64,000 nucleotides of DNA from Eledone cirrhosa (lineage: Eukaryota). The translations under genes and the position numbers were made by a program. Of this stretch, positions 14,017-27,326 are shown piece by piece. Each line of letters begins with the position of its first letter. Position 1 is the first letter of the stretch. Under the pieces are notes generated by a model, which ran no database searches, was not told where the DNA came from, and saw only the letters and a program-made list of their open reading frames with translations. The DNA is taken from the NCBI GenBank assembly GCA_964016885.1, contig OZ024742.1, positions 156,922,001 through 156,986,000 on the forward strand, given 5' to 3'.

Positions 14017-16115
14017 TTACCGTACTTTTGGTAGAGGAGGGATGGTTTTTACATCCCTTTTCACTTGATCGACTGGTGAAGGGACCGTTGAATCGTCCCT
14101 TCGGTTGGTCGTCGGTTCTTCTAAGAGAATGTCTGAATATACTCTTCGATTGATGGTTCCTCCTAGGTCCCTGAAATCACCAACTGCGTTGGTGAATTTC
14201 GTTTTAATGTTTCTGTATTGTTTCTGTGCTATTTTTAGCAGTCTTATGTTAGTTTGCGTTTTGATTGGTGCTGGTATTATGTAGTCCTGTTGTGAAATGT
14301 CTGTGTGTTCAATTATGTAAGTATTTAGTTTCTTGTTGTGTGTATTTATTGCCGTGCATTTGTTTTTCTGTGGGTTGGGTGTGGTTCTGCTATTTTCTTG
14401 TCGTTGTTGCTGGGTGTGTGTGTTTTGTTGTTGTGTTTGCGATGTTGGTGCTTGTGGTGGTGGTGTTGAAGGTGTTGTTGGCGGTGGGGTTGTCGCCGGT
14501 GGTGATGGTGGTGCTAGTGTGGGTGGTGATGGTGTTGGTGGTGTTGCTGCTGTGGGTCTCTTTGCAGTAGACTTTACCCTTTTCTCATTTCTTTCCTCCC
14601 TTTTCAAAGGCGACGATGCGCTGCTTCTGCGTTTGTGCCTTCTTACGACCTTTTGCCATCCCTCTCCCACCTCACACTCCATGTCTGATTCTGTGAGGTC
14701 GGGGAGGGGTACCAGCTCTACTCTTTCACTTGTTGTTGTTGGTGATGTTTGCACTGGAGTCTCTGTTGCAGCTGCATTTGGTATTGCTGTTGTTGTTGTT
14801 GTTAATATTTCCACTGCTGCTGCTGTTTTTGATTTCCGTGGAGTGGGTATGGGTGCCACGGACCTATCGTTCCTGGTTGCCGCTTGTCCTGTTGCTGGTA
14901 GCCGTAGAGCCAGATTCGGAAGGAGGGGGTTTTCTCCTTTCTCAGGGTCTTCTCGTTGCAGAAGGCCCTGAGGTGAGTCTTCGATCCACAGCGAAAGCAT
15001 TTCGGGCGTTTGCCCTCAACACTTATGGGCAGTTGAGTGCCGTTATCGAAGTCTATCACATCCGGGATAGCTTCGATGCACTCCTGGTTGGTTTGGATTA
15101 GCATCTCAATGGAGGTGCCTACCCAATCTTCTCTTACTTTTTTTTGTACTTGCAGTACAGTTGTTTTGTCCTCGATTCCGACGAGGGCAGACGCGGCCAG
15201 CCAAGAAGGGGCCATTCCGGGGGGGACGTGGGTCAGTTTGACCCTCACAATTTTTTGCCCGCAGTAGGAGGGCACCAACACCATTTCCTCGCTCCTTAGG
15301 GTCACTACTGATTGGGCCTTTGCCTCCTGGGGTGTGGCAAAAAGTACTTCTACGGTGGCATATTTTTTGCCTCGAGTGATGTGCGTTTTCCGCTGCCACA
15401 CAGACCCCAAGGCTTTTTGTATCTGAGCCTCTGTGGCTCTTTCCACCCTACGGGATTTTGTACTTACTGTACGGTACGTGACCATACAGTGCTGTTGGGT
15501 TTCGAAAAATGTTTCCGCTGCCTTGCAGATTGCTCGGTGTCCATTCTTTCTCACCATCTTCTTCGCTTCCTCTAATTCCTCATTTGTTATGAGGATTGTT
15601 TCCAAGTTTTTCGCAATGCCTGCAAATGAGATTGGTTTTTATTTGCTGCTATTGTTGTTGTTGTCGTCAGAGCTGCTGGTACTTTTGTTGTTGCTGCAGG
15701 TACTACGACTACTGCCTCCGCCGCTGTTGCTGTGGTTGTTGTTGGTGTTGCTGCTGCTAATGCTGTTGTTGTTTATGCTGCTGGTGATGCTGTTGCGGCT
15801 GCTACTGTTGTTTTCATTGTCACTGTTGCTGTTGTTATTACGGCTGCTACTGCTATTATTCCTGACGTCAGACGAATGAACTGGGTTTTCGTATTTCCCG
15901 CACACCTGTTTCGTCGCTGTCGTCGTGGAGAAACCTTGCACGCTTTGCACGAGACTTTTCTTTTCTTTCGTCACTTGCGAAAGAGAAGGGAGGGAGAGAA
16001 ACACATTTAAAGAAGGGAGAGAGAGAGACAATCTTCTCTCTGCTGTAGTGATGATTGAGGAAGAAGAAGACGGAATGAGTGGGAGTGACGTATGAAATTT
16101 CTTTTTCGTAGCCAT
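14017..16115 (-). pseudogene. Tx1-A ORF1 (gag-like), frameshifted
   Basis: Fragments 15639-16115 (Ser/Asn-rich), 14802-15605 (CFRCGSKTHLRAFC knuckle), 14017-15000 (Pro/Thr-rich); the last two are fused in frame in the copy at 56831-57916. Confidence 0.88.
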
Positions 16116-16347
16116 GTTGTTTTTTGTTTAAAATGAATATTGGGTACAAAACGGCAATAACTGGTTATTTAACCCCGAAAGGCCAAATAACGGACAGAAA
16201 GACCCCTCTCACGAGGAGGAGGGTGTCTTTATCAACAATTTGGTTCAAGTTTTAAACAATTTACAATTGTTTTAACGGTTAAAAATTACTATACCTTACA
16301 GAGCCGAGCCTCCGTCAACCATGGCATTCAATAATAATAATAATAAT

Positions 16348-17816
16348 GGATGTGCTTGTTGACACTGTCCGTATTTTCAGCAGTGATATATGTATGCAGT
16401 TTGGTATTAGTAAATGTGGAGAGTCATTGTGATGAGGAGGGGTAGGTTGAGCAGAAGTAACGGCATCCAGATACCAACTGGTGAGATGATAAAGGAAATT
16501 GACTCTGAGGAAGGATACAAATTTGGGCGTTCTGGAGGCTGGTGGCATAAAGAACAAAAAAATGAAGGAATTGTTAAGAACTGAATACATTCGGAGAGTA
16601 AGGAGCGTATTGAAGTCACATCTGAACAGCAGAAATGCCATAAGCGCAGTAAATTCCCGAGCTGTGTCTATTATTAGGTACAGTGCGGGATCTGAGATGG
16701 AATGTTGCTGAACAAAAAGAAATGGATAGGAAGACTAGGAAGATATTGACTATCTACAACATGTTCCACAAGAGGAATGATGTCGATAGACTCTACCTAA
16801 GGAGATCTGAGGGTGGAACAGGTCTTATCAGCATAGAGGACTGTGTTCAGATGGAGAAAAACAACTTATACCAATACGTGACCTATAGTAAGGAGCCAAT
16901 GCTCAGAACTGTACTGAAGGAGGGGACAGTAGGCCAGGGGATGTCCAAGGAGGAAATAACATCAAGGAGGAAGAGCAGCCTTAAGGGAAAATCCCTTCAT
17001 AGTACCTTCTTTGAGAAAACTGAATTTAGATATCCACAGACATGGAACTGGTTGAGAAGAGGAGACCTCAAAAAGGCTACAGAAGGAATGCTAATGGCTG
17101 CGCAGGAGCAGGCCCTCAAAACGAAGTGGTTGAAGCACCATATCTACAAGGAGGAGGCTAGCCCACTGTGCAGGATCTGTGGAGAGAGAGAGGAGACTGT
17201 GGCTCACATTGTGTCCGAGTGTAAACACCTAGCCCAGACCCACTATAAGGACTGGAGACACGAGGTGATAGGCAGGGTGATCCACTGGCACCTGTGCAAA
17301 GTAAACAATTTACCACATTCTGAGAAATGGTATGAGCATAGGCCAGAGGCGGTGATGGAGAACAACCAGGTGAAGGTGCTGTGGGATTTTAGGATACAGA
17401 CGGACAAAAAACTGGAACACAATAGACCTGACCTGGTGGTTTTGGACAAAGAAAAAAGATCGTGTCTGATTGTGGATGTGGCCTGCCCTTTCGACACGAG
17501 AGTGCAAGAGAAGGAGAGGGAGAAAATTAACCGATACCAGGACCTAAAGTGGGAGGTGAAAAGGATTTGGAACTGCCATGAAGTCAAAGTGATCCCGATT
17601 GTCATAGGCGCACTGGGGACTATCTCCAAAAGTTTCCAGGGATGGTTAAAGAAAATCGGCCCCTTCACGCTTTTTGGAACGCTTCAAAAGGCATGCTTGC
17701 TTGGAACAGCAAGAACCCTCCGATACGTCCTGAATATCTGAGGCTGCAGGTAGTGGCTTGATATTCATTCCAACGGACTTTCCAGTTAACCAACATCAAT
17801 GACTGAGATTCAAGGA
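16348..17816 (+). mobile_element. 5'-truncated Dong/R4 family A copy
   Basis: Starts straight after (TAA)n with sequence matching 60974 onward; ORF 16683-17741 (thumb, CCHC, RLE); AAT tail. Confidence 0.95.
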
Positions 17817-17839
17817 ATAACAACAATAATAATAATAAT

Positions 17840-20800
17840 GCTCTCTTTATTAACCACAAGGGTTTACACAAAGTAGACATTAAGGACAGCATAGGACAAT
17901 ACAGGACGGTACAAATGGGCATTTCTGCGTGTAAAAAACCCCACAAAAACAGAGAATGTAACAAAAAAAGAAACAATGAAAAATACCCCAATAGGGAGGA
18001 GACTGCCGAGGGACATTCGTGGAGAAAGCTCATTAAAAAGAACCCACGGTCACCCGGACCACCAGAGCAAGTGCCTTCTTACAGTTTTCCACCTTCAATT
18101 TAAAGGCACATACTCAGAGTAGGCCCATTAACATGGGCCATTCTTGCCTCTCTCACCCATCTTTCAACAAAATGCTAAGAAGAGACCACTTCCCGCTCTA
18201 CCCTGATTTTCCTTTTTAAATGAAGTTTGAAAAAGTTAATCAGAGCTTCACCGAAGAGGTAAATGCTCGTCTTCAACACTTTCAAAAGCGTCCACCATAC
18301 TATCTCTTTCGCCATGGCCACCAGACAGATAAAAAGTGCCTGCTCTTCCCGGATAAAGGAAGAGACCGGGGCTATCCTCACGATGGTCTCAGCTGATGAC
18401 TGGATCTGCCCTACGCGCGACAGCACGTGTTCCAAATAAATGCTCGGACACTGGACGAGTGCGTGCAGGGCGGTTCGTCGCCTTGCGCGCATCTCGGACA
18501 TGCCCGGCTGACGGCACCTCCATGCCTGTAGAGTTTATCCCAAACAGGCAAAGCTCCTCGGTTGCAATGCCAGGCCAGGGATTTCTGGAAGTTGTCCATA
18601 GGCCCCGGCCCGAAAGTCCTTCCGAAGAGATTGGCTAGTTGATTTTCGTCGACGCCTAGAGTTTCCCCAAGTACCTAGTCGCTTGCCCCCTCCCTCCACT
18701 AATCCTTTATAGAACGCCAAGGTGGAGTTTCCACCGATCACATTGCCCGATTGATTGAGGGCTCTGAGCGCCTGAAAAGATTCCAGTCTCCAAGCCCTCC
18801 CTCTCGGGCTTCGCTTGACCTATAACTGTAGCTCCGTCAAGGAGACGAGCTGGGGAAAGACGCGTCTAGCAAACGTCGACCACACCTGTTCACCGTCAAG
18901 AAAGAGGGCGAGATGTCATAACTTGAGCGTGTGTCTACGCATCATTAGCCACTGCTAGCCCTGCCCTCCACGTACCGTGTTTTGACAGCAGATGGACCGC
19001 CTAACCATCGGAGCGCGTCCCTTCCACAAAAAGCGAAAGAGCAAACGCTCCAGCGCTTAGAGAAGGCATGACTGTCAGGCGGTAGTAGATGACGCAGGCG
19101 ATGTACGCGTTAGATAGTTCCGCTCCACCTTTCCGGGATAGCTTCCTCTCCGCCCATTTCTGGGTGAGAGATGCCACCCTGCTCTTCGCCTCATCCCAGT
19201 TTTTCTCCGTCTAGTAATTTAACCGGTCCGTCCGTCCAGCGCCCCACGACGCTGTTGGACGGCATGGACCTCCCTCTCTAGGTACCGAGCTGCAGACCAT
19301 CAGGATGGCGCCAGATAACGATGGTCGACCCTATCGAAAACTTTCGACTGATCTAAATTGATCTAGGACGCACCCGTGCCAGGTTCCCTAGCTACACTCT
19401 CCACGATGTATGGCATGAGGTGGAGGTTGTCGTGGATAGATCTGTCTGGAATGGCGCATGTCTGCGCCTCTCCCATCAGACCAACAACGACAATCGACAA
19501 CCTCTTTGCTAGCATCCCCCTTGTTCGGCTCTTTTGTAAGCAGCGCCACCGTTCCTCGGCTCACAGAGCTGGGAATTCTTCCATTATGTTACCAGTTGCA
19601 GTAGACGTCCGCCAAGGGGCCTCTGAACAAGTCTGGCATCTGTACGTAAAGTTCATAGGGCAGATCATCCAAACCAGGCGATTTACCCCTTGTGCAGCCT
19701 GTCATTGCCTCCCGTATTTCAGATGCTGTTATCGGCTTTTCGCAGCACTCCGACTCAGTGGCCGAGAGCCGCGGCAGTCCGTCGAGGGAGACACTAAAGT
19801 CCATCCATCGATCTGTCCCCGCTTCCCCCGAACAGCTGTGCGAAGTGGCGCTGAAAAGCTTCACACATTTTCCCGGGATCGAGTAGCATGCGCCCGTCGT
19901 GGTCCACCAAAGACGGGATCGTGGCTTTGTTGCCACGACACGCCTCCACCACTCGGGCCAATTGAACGGCTTTCGTCCACTCATGTCTGAGAGAACGCAC
20001 ACTAACTCTGACAACGCAGCCTTCGTGCTTTGCATTGAAGAATTGTTCAAGAGCCAATTTCGCCGCAAGTATGTCGGTCGCGATGCCTTCACTAAGCGCC
20101 TCATCTAATTTTCTAACTAATGCTCCCTCTGCTCTATTTTTCTCTATTGCTCTAAGCCTTACTAAACCTAATGGTCTCTATTCTAATCGCCCTTTTCAGA
20201 GCAAACCACCACTTCTTGTTGACGATGGCCCTCGTCAACGCCCGCTTAACTAGTTCGCAATCCGATCTATGTAGTCCTTGCGCGCTGGTAATGACGCGTT
20301 TAGCTTTCAGTAGCCGGGTCCTTGTCTATGAAGCTTATCTAATTCAACCACACAGATCACAAATGTGTGGTCCGTGTAGCTGACTATCTTGAATTGTGGT
20401 CAGCCTATGGTAGACCTTTCTATTTCCCTACAAAATACTCTATCTAGATATGATCTGGATGACCATATGCGGTTCATCCACATTGCGGTTCATCCACATT
20501 GGCATATTCGGGAAATTCCATAGGTACCTGTCAGACAGTTCAAAACGCCTGAGGATGTTGGTGAGGCTCTTGCACCCTCCTCCCCTATACGCTAATCCCA
20601 CACAGTCACAGTGTGCATCTAAGATCGCGTTCCAGTCGCCAACTAACACTAAAGAGCGGGACGTACCAAGAAACATCTCCAGACGCTGGAAGAATTCAGG
20701 CTTCTCTGCTCCTGTCGGGGCGTAGACGGCCACTAGCCTGAAAGCTTTTCCGTCTCCGGTGGTCACGTCCAGTACCACCAACTTAAATTCTGGGTCCAGG

Positions 20801-22688
20801 AAGATGGCCCGTATGGCGAGATCCAAACCTCTCCGAAAAAGCACGGCAACTCCACCCCCGATCCAGGACGGCTGGGAGATGCGTACAGATCGTAGCCGCC
20901 CAAGATCGGTGCGAAGGCCCATGCTCCGGAGATCTGGTCTCGCCGATGGCCACCACATCTATGCTTAGTGACCTGAGGACGTTGAGCAGGTGGCCCTGCT
21001 TCCATTACGACCACAAGCCACGCGCATTTATGCTGCCTATTCTGAGTGAGATCATGTTGAAAAGGAGTGGAAAAGATGGGAAAGACCACTTACCTTACTT
21101 TTCGTAGGGGAAGGATCGTTTTCCCATCTTTCTCACTGCTTGTGGCCTCCTCCGGAAGGATGTCCTTATAAATCCTCCTGGAGAGTGTTTGTCGGAAGTC
21201 CTCATGTCCTTGGGGAATTTTTGTTTTAGTGTCGTGTACGTTTTCTGTGTGATGCGAGTGATTTGTATGTGTGGAGTTGGTGTGAATTTTTTGGGTGTTG
21301 TGTAGTATTTTTCTGTGATGCTGGTGTTTTGTTGGATGTAGTGTAATAATTGGTTGTTGTTCAAAATTAATGCTGTGTAGTGTGTATCGTTTTGGTTGTT
21401 TTGTTTTGTTTGCGTTTGTTGTGGGTTTGTTTGTTTCCCTTTTTGGTGACATTTGTGGTGTTGGTGATTGTGGTGTTGGGGTTAATGATGGTGATGGTGT
21501 TGGTGTTTGTGGTGATGGGGTCGGTGATGTGGTGTGGATGGCGGCATAGCTGTCCTAACTTTTTTGTTTGTTAGTTTATTTGTTTCCCCCTGTATTTTGT
21601 TTTTAGAGGGGGAAGGAAGGGGATTTTTTTTCTTTTTGGTGTTCTTTTTCTTTTTTTCTTTTTCCCGATACAGTTTCCCACACCTCGTCGTCACAATCTG
21701 TATCCAGTTGCGATAGATCGAGGAGTGGAGAATCCTCCACAGGCGTTGTGTTTGATTGTAGCGTGGAGGATGGTGGAGGCGCTGGTGCTAGTTTGGCGCG
21801 GTGGGAGGTGGTGGTGTTGGTTTTGCTACTTTTTTGGGTGTTGTTGCTGCTACAGTTGCTTCTGTTGTTGCTGCTACAGTTGTTGCTGCCATTTCTGCTG
21901 CTGATGTAGGTTTCTCTAGCCCACACATGTCCAAAAGCTTTTTGTATTTGGGACTCGGGTGCCCGTTCCACTCGGCAAGATTTTGTGTTTAACGTTCGAT
22001 AAGACACGGTACATAGGCGCCGATGCTCCTTTTTATTAGGTGTGTGGGGTGTGGGGTGAAGGAGACCCTGTACCCATCTTTTTTTACCATTCTCTTGGCT
22101 TCATTTAATTAATCCTGGCTTACCTCGATTGTTTCGCTCTTCTTCGCTGCTTTGGCAAACGACACATTTTGTTTCGCGGTGGTGCTGATGTTGTTATTCT
22201 CATTGTTGTTGTTGTTGCTGTTGTTATTGTTATTTTTAGTTTCAGTTGTGGTGGTGGTGTCAGTGGTGGAAGAGTCGTTTCTGGGTGAATCCATTTTCAT
22301 GTCACGAGATAATAATTTTTTTTTTGTTTCCGTTGTCGCTGTGGTGGTGGTGGTGATATCAGTGGTTTTCGTTGTTCTTTTTGACATTGTGATGGTGGGG
22401 GTGGCGGCTTTAAAACCTGCAATTATTGGTAATGGCGGGAAATCCATGTCTTTATGCGGCAAATCTAAATAATTCAGACTGTTAGTAATTTTATTTTCAG
22501 TGTTGGCATCCGTGGCAAGGCTTACAATGGTGTTGGTGTTGGTGGTGGTTGTGGTGGGGGAGGAGGGTGTTGGTCTGTCAAAAACAGTAAATTTCTCGTC
22601 CAATTTTCCATAACTGTCAATTTGAAACAACTGTAAACAACAAACCTTTGCGGAGCTCACAATAATACGATTTCCTACGTAGGCCGCC
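17840..22688 (-). mobile_element. Decayed Tx1-type element subfamily B with both ends and internal deletions
   Basis: APE fragments (VYAPTGA, GDWN), RT fragments, different ORF1 (22109-22705, 21603-22007, 21090-21452); (TAA)n both sides. Confidence 0.9.
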
Positions 22689-22703
22689 AATAATGCTAAT
22701 AAC

Positions 22704-22743
<40 letters not shown>

Positions 22744-22750
22744 TTTAGGT

Positions 22751-22907
22751 CCGCCACGCTTTTTGGAACGCTTCAAAAGGCATGCTTGCTGGGAACAGCA
22801 AGAACCTTCTGATACGTCCTGAATATCTGAGGCTGCGGGTAGTGGCTTGATATTCATTTCAACAAACTTTCCAGTTAACTAACATCAATGACTGAGACTC
22901 AAAGAGC
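22751..22907 (+). mobile_element. Very short 5'-truncated Dong family A 3' end
   Basis: GGAACGCTTCAAAAGGCATGCTTGC..GAGACTCAAAG between two (TAA)n tracts. Confidence 0.9.
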
Positions 22908-22934
22908 AATAATAATAATAATAATAATAATAAT

Positions 22935-25286
22935 GTGGTGGAGACTGGAATGTCATGTGACAGACTCTCACCCAGCAGGTGCTCCCTGGCTCAGCAGCAG
23001 GAACCTGGCTGTCAACCAAATACTGCTGGTGTCAGAGGAAGAAGAAAAAGGAAAGGGACCAGAACCAACTGGACGAAAGAATTGAAGAGAACTGTTATGC
23101 AATGTTACCTGAAGAGTAACCCCAAGGAGAAAGGCTATAGGAAAAGGATGCATAACATCTGGAACGAGATTGGTCCATTTAAATTAGATGAACAAAAACT
23201 GGCCGGGCACGCTCGGGTAATAAGAACTAATGGGTGGATAATCGAGCTGGAACTGGAGGAACTGAGCAGAGAGATTAGGTTGGAAATAGAGTGGAGTATG
23301 CCAGGCAAACGAGCTAGTGGGAAATGAAGGTGAAGAGGTTGAGAGAACGGAGGAACCACCCGAAGCAGAGAATGATCAAATTGCTGACATAAATAATTGT
23401 TTCTACTTTAGGCACAAGGCCAGCAATTACCCAGTGCATTACTGGTACTGTATTTTATCGACCCCGTAAGGATGAAAGGCAAAGTCAACCTCTTCGGGAT
23501 TTGAACTCAGATCGTAAAATGCTGACATAAATAATGCCTGGAACAAAGATACGGCCATTGAGGAGATGAATGCTGACGGGCTAGGACAAGATTTGGTTGA
23601 TATCCTAAACTTAGTGGTAGATGTATTGAACAATGATAGTGGGAAACCTATGAACCTAAGATTTGTAGACAAGAGAAAGTTAAAATTAACAACAGCTAAG
23701 GTAAACAAAGTCATCCCATACCTTGAGGCGAGGAGCCTTCACCAGTGCAACAATATCCTCAAAGCAATAGCAATTCGATGAAGAAATTACGTTGCATAAA
23801 AGCGAGAGGAAACAACAAACAAGAAAGATCAGAACCTTGGTGGAGAAACGACTGAATGGTCAAATCAGCGAAATGAGCAATGACATTGGAAAGCTTGAGT
23901 CCCTAATGAATGGGACACTAAAAAACATAGACACTAAAAATAGACTGTAAATAAAGTACAAAACTAGGAGGAAAAAGCTAAATATGATCATAGAGGAACT
24001 GAAGCAACGCATTGTAGCAAAGAGTGCAAAAAATAGGCGATACGAGAGCAGAGTCAGTCAGTATAGACAGAACCGCATGTTTGACAACGAGAAGATGCTG
24101 TTTCGACAGCTTAAAGGGAAAGAAAGAGGCAACGACTAGATACCTGAGGCGGAACAAACTATAGCATTCTGAAGAGGAATATGGTAGCAGGATGTTGAAC
24201 ATAATGACCAGGGATATTGACTATCTACAACATGTTCCACAAGAGGAGTGATGTCGATAGACTCTACTTAAGGAGATCTGAAGGTGGAAGAGGTCTTATC
24301 AGCATATAGGACTGTGTTCAGATGGAGAAAACAACCTACACAAATACGTGACTGATAGTAAGGAGCCAATGCTCAGAATTGTACTGAAGGAGAGGACAAT
24401 AGACCAGGGGATGTCAAAGAGGAAATAGCAATAAGGAAAAAGAGCAGCCTTCAAGAAAAATCCCTTCATTGTACCTTCTTTGATAAAACTGAATTCAGAG
24501 ATCCACAGACATGGAATTGGTTGAAAAGAGGAGACCTTAAAAAGGCTACAGAAGGAATGCTAATGGTTGCGCAAGAGCAGGCCCTCAAAACGAAGTGGTT
24601 GAAACACCATATTTACAAGTAGGAGGCTAGCCCATTGTGCAGGATCTGTGGAGAGAGAGAGGAGAATGTGGCTCACATTGTATCCGAGTGTAAACACCTA
24701 GCCCTGGCTCACTATAAGGGCTGGAGACATGATGTGATGGGATCGGTGATCCACTGACACCTATGCAAATAAACAATTTACCACATTCTGAGAAGTGGTA
24801 TGAGCATAAGCCAGAATCGGTGATAGAAAACGATCAGGTGAAGGTGCTGTGGGATTTTAGGATACAGACGGACAAGAAACTGGAACATAATAGACCTGAC
24901 CTGGTGGTTTTAGACAAGGAAAATAGATCATGCCTGATAGTGGATGTGGTCTGCCCATTCGACACGAGAGTACAAGAGAAGTAGAGGTTGAACATTAACC
25001 GATAGGAGGACTTAAAGTGGGAGGTAAAAAGGATTTGGAACTGCCATGAAGTCAAAGTGGTCCCGACTGTCATAGGCGCACTAGGTACTATCTCAAAAGG
25101 TTTCCAGGGATGGTTAAAAAAAATTATCCCGCCCACTCTTTTTGAAACGCTTCAAAAGGCATGCTTGCTGGGAACAGCAAGAACCCTCCTATACGTCCTG
25201 AATATCTGAGGCTGCAGGTAGTGGCTTGATATTCATTTCAACAAACTTTCTAGTTAACTAACATCAATGGCTGAGACTCAAAGAAC
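22935..25286 (+). mobile_element. Decayed Dong family A copy with most of RT deleted (junction ~24212) and a SINE insertion
   Basis: ORF 22935-23327 matches the N-terminus encoded from 58977; at ~24212 the sequence jumps from the ~60120 equivalent to the ~61372 equivalent; RLE remnants 24763-25210. Confidence 0.9.
23398..23519 (-). mobile_element. 5'-truncated SINE with 16-bp TSD inside Dong
   Basis: TGCTGACATAAATAAT at 23382-23397 and 23520-23535; single site in the uninterrupted copy (~59423-59438). Confidence 0.93.
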
Positions 25287-25329
25287 AATAATATTGATAA
25301 TAATAATAACAATAATAATAATAATAATA

Positions 25330-26640
25330 GTGAAGGTACGCACCTGTTGAATAGAGTGTTATGAAATCGCTCCCGTATTTTTTTTTTATTTTTTCCATAT
25401 TTAAAACAATTGTGATTCGATAATTCTTATTACAAGTGGAGCAGAAAGTGGTAACGCACCACATTATGGCATAGGGCTCTAATATTTGATATTTAATTTT
25501 CTACCAGAAATTGTATAGTCAGAAAAGAAAATGGCTAGAAAACAACAGCCAAATAAAGTCACCACCAACACCACCACCACCGCCGCCACCATCACCATCA
25601 CCGCTACCACAAAAAATCCAGCCAAATACAAACCAGCACCATCCCTAGAGGACTGCTATGCCATCACCACCGCTACCACTATCCCCTTACCACTTAAGAG
25701 AGGGATGGTGGTAGTGCCGCTACACATGAAAAGAAGCGAGGAAGTTATCAAAAGATATAAATAGACTGGGTTAGTGACTCGGTCAAACAGCTAACAACAA
25801 CAACATCAAAATAATGATGTTGTATCTCTAAACTCTCCCAAAATGTTTAGTTTAAACGATGTCAAATCTAAAATATAATATAATAATGGTTTCTATTTTA
25901 CACACAAAGCCAGCAATTACCCAGTGCATTACTGGAACTTTATTTTATCGACCCCGTAAGGATGAAAGGCAAAGTTAACATCGGCGGGATTTGAACTCAG
26001 ATCTTAAAAGGACGTAACTCTATGCTTCAAAGCATGATGTCCGCCTCTCTACCGATACTGCCAATCCACGCCCTCTATAATATAATAATAATAATTGTTT
26101 CTGGTTTTGGCTCGGGGCCAGCAATTGCCCCGGTGTGTTACTGGTGCTTTGTTTTGTCGGTCCCGTAAGGAAGAAAGGAAAAATAAAAATAATAATTGTT
26201 TCTGCTTTTGGCACAAGGCCAGCAATTATTCAGTGTATTACTGGTGCTTTGTTTTATCGACCCCGTAGGGATGAGGGGCGGGGTTGACCTCGGCGAGGTT
26301 TGAACTCGGACCGTAGGGGGACGTAACTCTGTGCTTCAGGGCATGGCGTCTGACTCTCTACCGATACTGTCAAATGATAAGCAACAAGTCGAAACATTAT
26401 AGAACAGAACACAGACAGAAGCAAACGCATCAGCAAACACAAATTTCAAAAGTTTTCAACAGAACAACCCCTACTTCCCTTAAAAGCAGCAGCAACAACA
26501 ACACTAGTAACCGATGTTAATGACCTTGAAAAACGAAAAACGCAAAGGAAAAAAACAAACAAACAAACAAAATAAACTAAGTCAGACATTCAATCATTAC
26601 AATGAAACTTATGATTATTTTTTTTATTTTTCATTTATTT
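25330..26640 (+). mobile_element. Unclassified repeat family 'GAAATCGCTCCCGTA', copy 1, interrupted by SINEs (other copies ~27374-28300, ~57935-58790)
   Basis: Shared ATGAAATCGCTCCCGTA..AAAAGAAAATGG start, Thr/His-rich middle, shared end AAACTAAGTCAGACATTC..ACAATGAAACTTATG; strand inferred. Confidence 0.65.
25887..26372 (-). mobile_element. Three tandem SINE copies or fragments separated by short (TAA)n
   Basis: Repeated TTGTTTC..GGCCAGCAATT..CCCGTAAGGA..TTTGAACTC at ~25887, ~26095, ~26196. Confidence 0.85.
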
Positions 26641-26646
26641 ATTTAT

Positions 26647-27326
26647 TTAATTGTCGTTCTCGACCTTACCGCTGTTATTTTTGTTATTGTCGTTCTCGAC
26701 CTTACTGCTGTTATTTTTGTTATTGTCGTTCTCGACCTTACTGCTGTTATTTTTGTTATTGTCGTTCTCGACCTTACCGCTGTTATTTTTGTTATTGTCG
26801 TTCTCGACCTTACCGCTGTTATTTTTGTTATTGTCGTTCTCGACCTTACCGCTGTTATTTTTGTTATTGTCGTTCTCGACTTTACCGCTGTTATTTTTGG
26901 TGTTGTTGTTGGTGATGTTGTTGGTGTTATTGTTGGTGTTGTTTGTGTTAGAAATATTTGTTAATTTTAAATCTGTTACAATTTTTTTTTCCTTTGTAAT
27001 ATTTTCGTTTATATTTACCTCCGCTGGAAAGCTGTCTTGTTGACATGCTGATAAAGTCTCCCTCTCTCTGTGTTGTCTGACAGCGCTCTCTCTCTTTTTT
27101 GTGTTATCCATGTTGAAATTTTTCAAAAAATATTTTTACACAAATAAGAATACGACACCCCGTAAAGGGGTGCCGTATTATTTACTAGTGAACCCCTGTA
27201 TTAGGGGGGTCACTTCTTCTAAACTTTTATCAAATTTAAAACTTGAATAAAAGGTTTAGAACGGTTGAAAAAGAGGTACAACGTTGAAAAAGACTGGAAG
27301 CGATAAGAAGCGTGGCTTTACCAACC

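Larger units (their letters stand above)
10314..16329 (-). mobile_element. Full-length Tx1-type (L1 group) non-LTR retrotransposon, subfamily A, inside (TAA)n
   Basis: 5' UTR, ORF1 with CCHC knuckle, ORF2 APE-RT, 3' UTR with AATAAA then (TTA)n; (TAA)n on both flanks. Confidence 0.93.

Noticed and set aside
26650-26898. 36-bp repeats as a CRISPR array
   Set aside because: Units are contiguous with no spacers, there are no cas genes and the context is eukaryotic.
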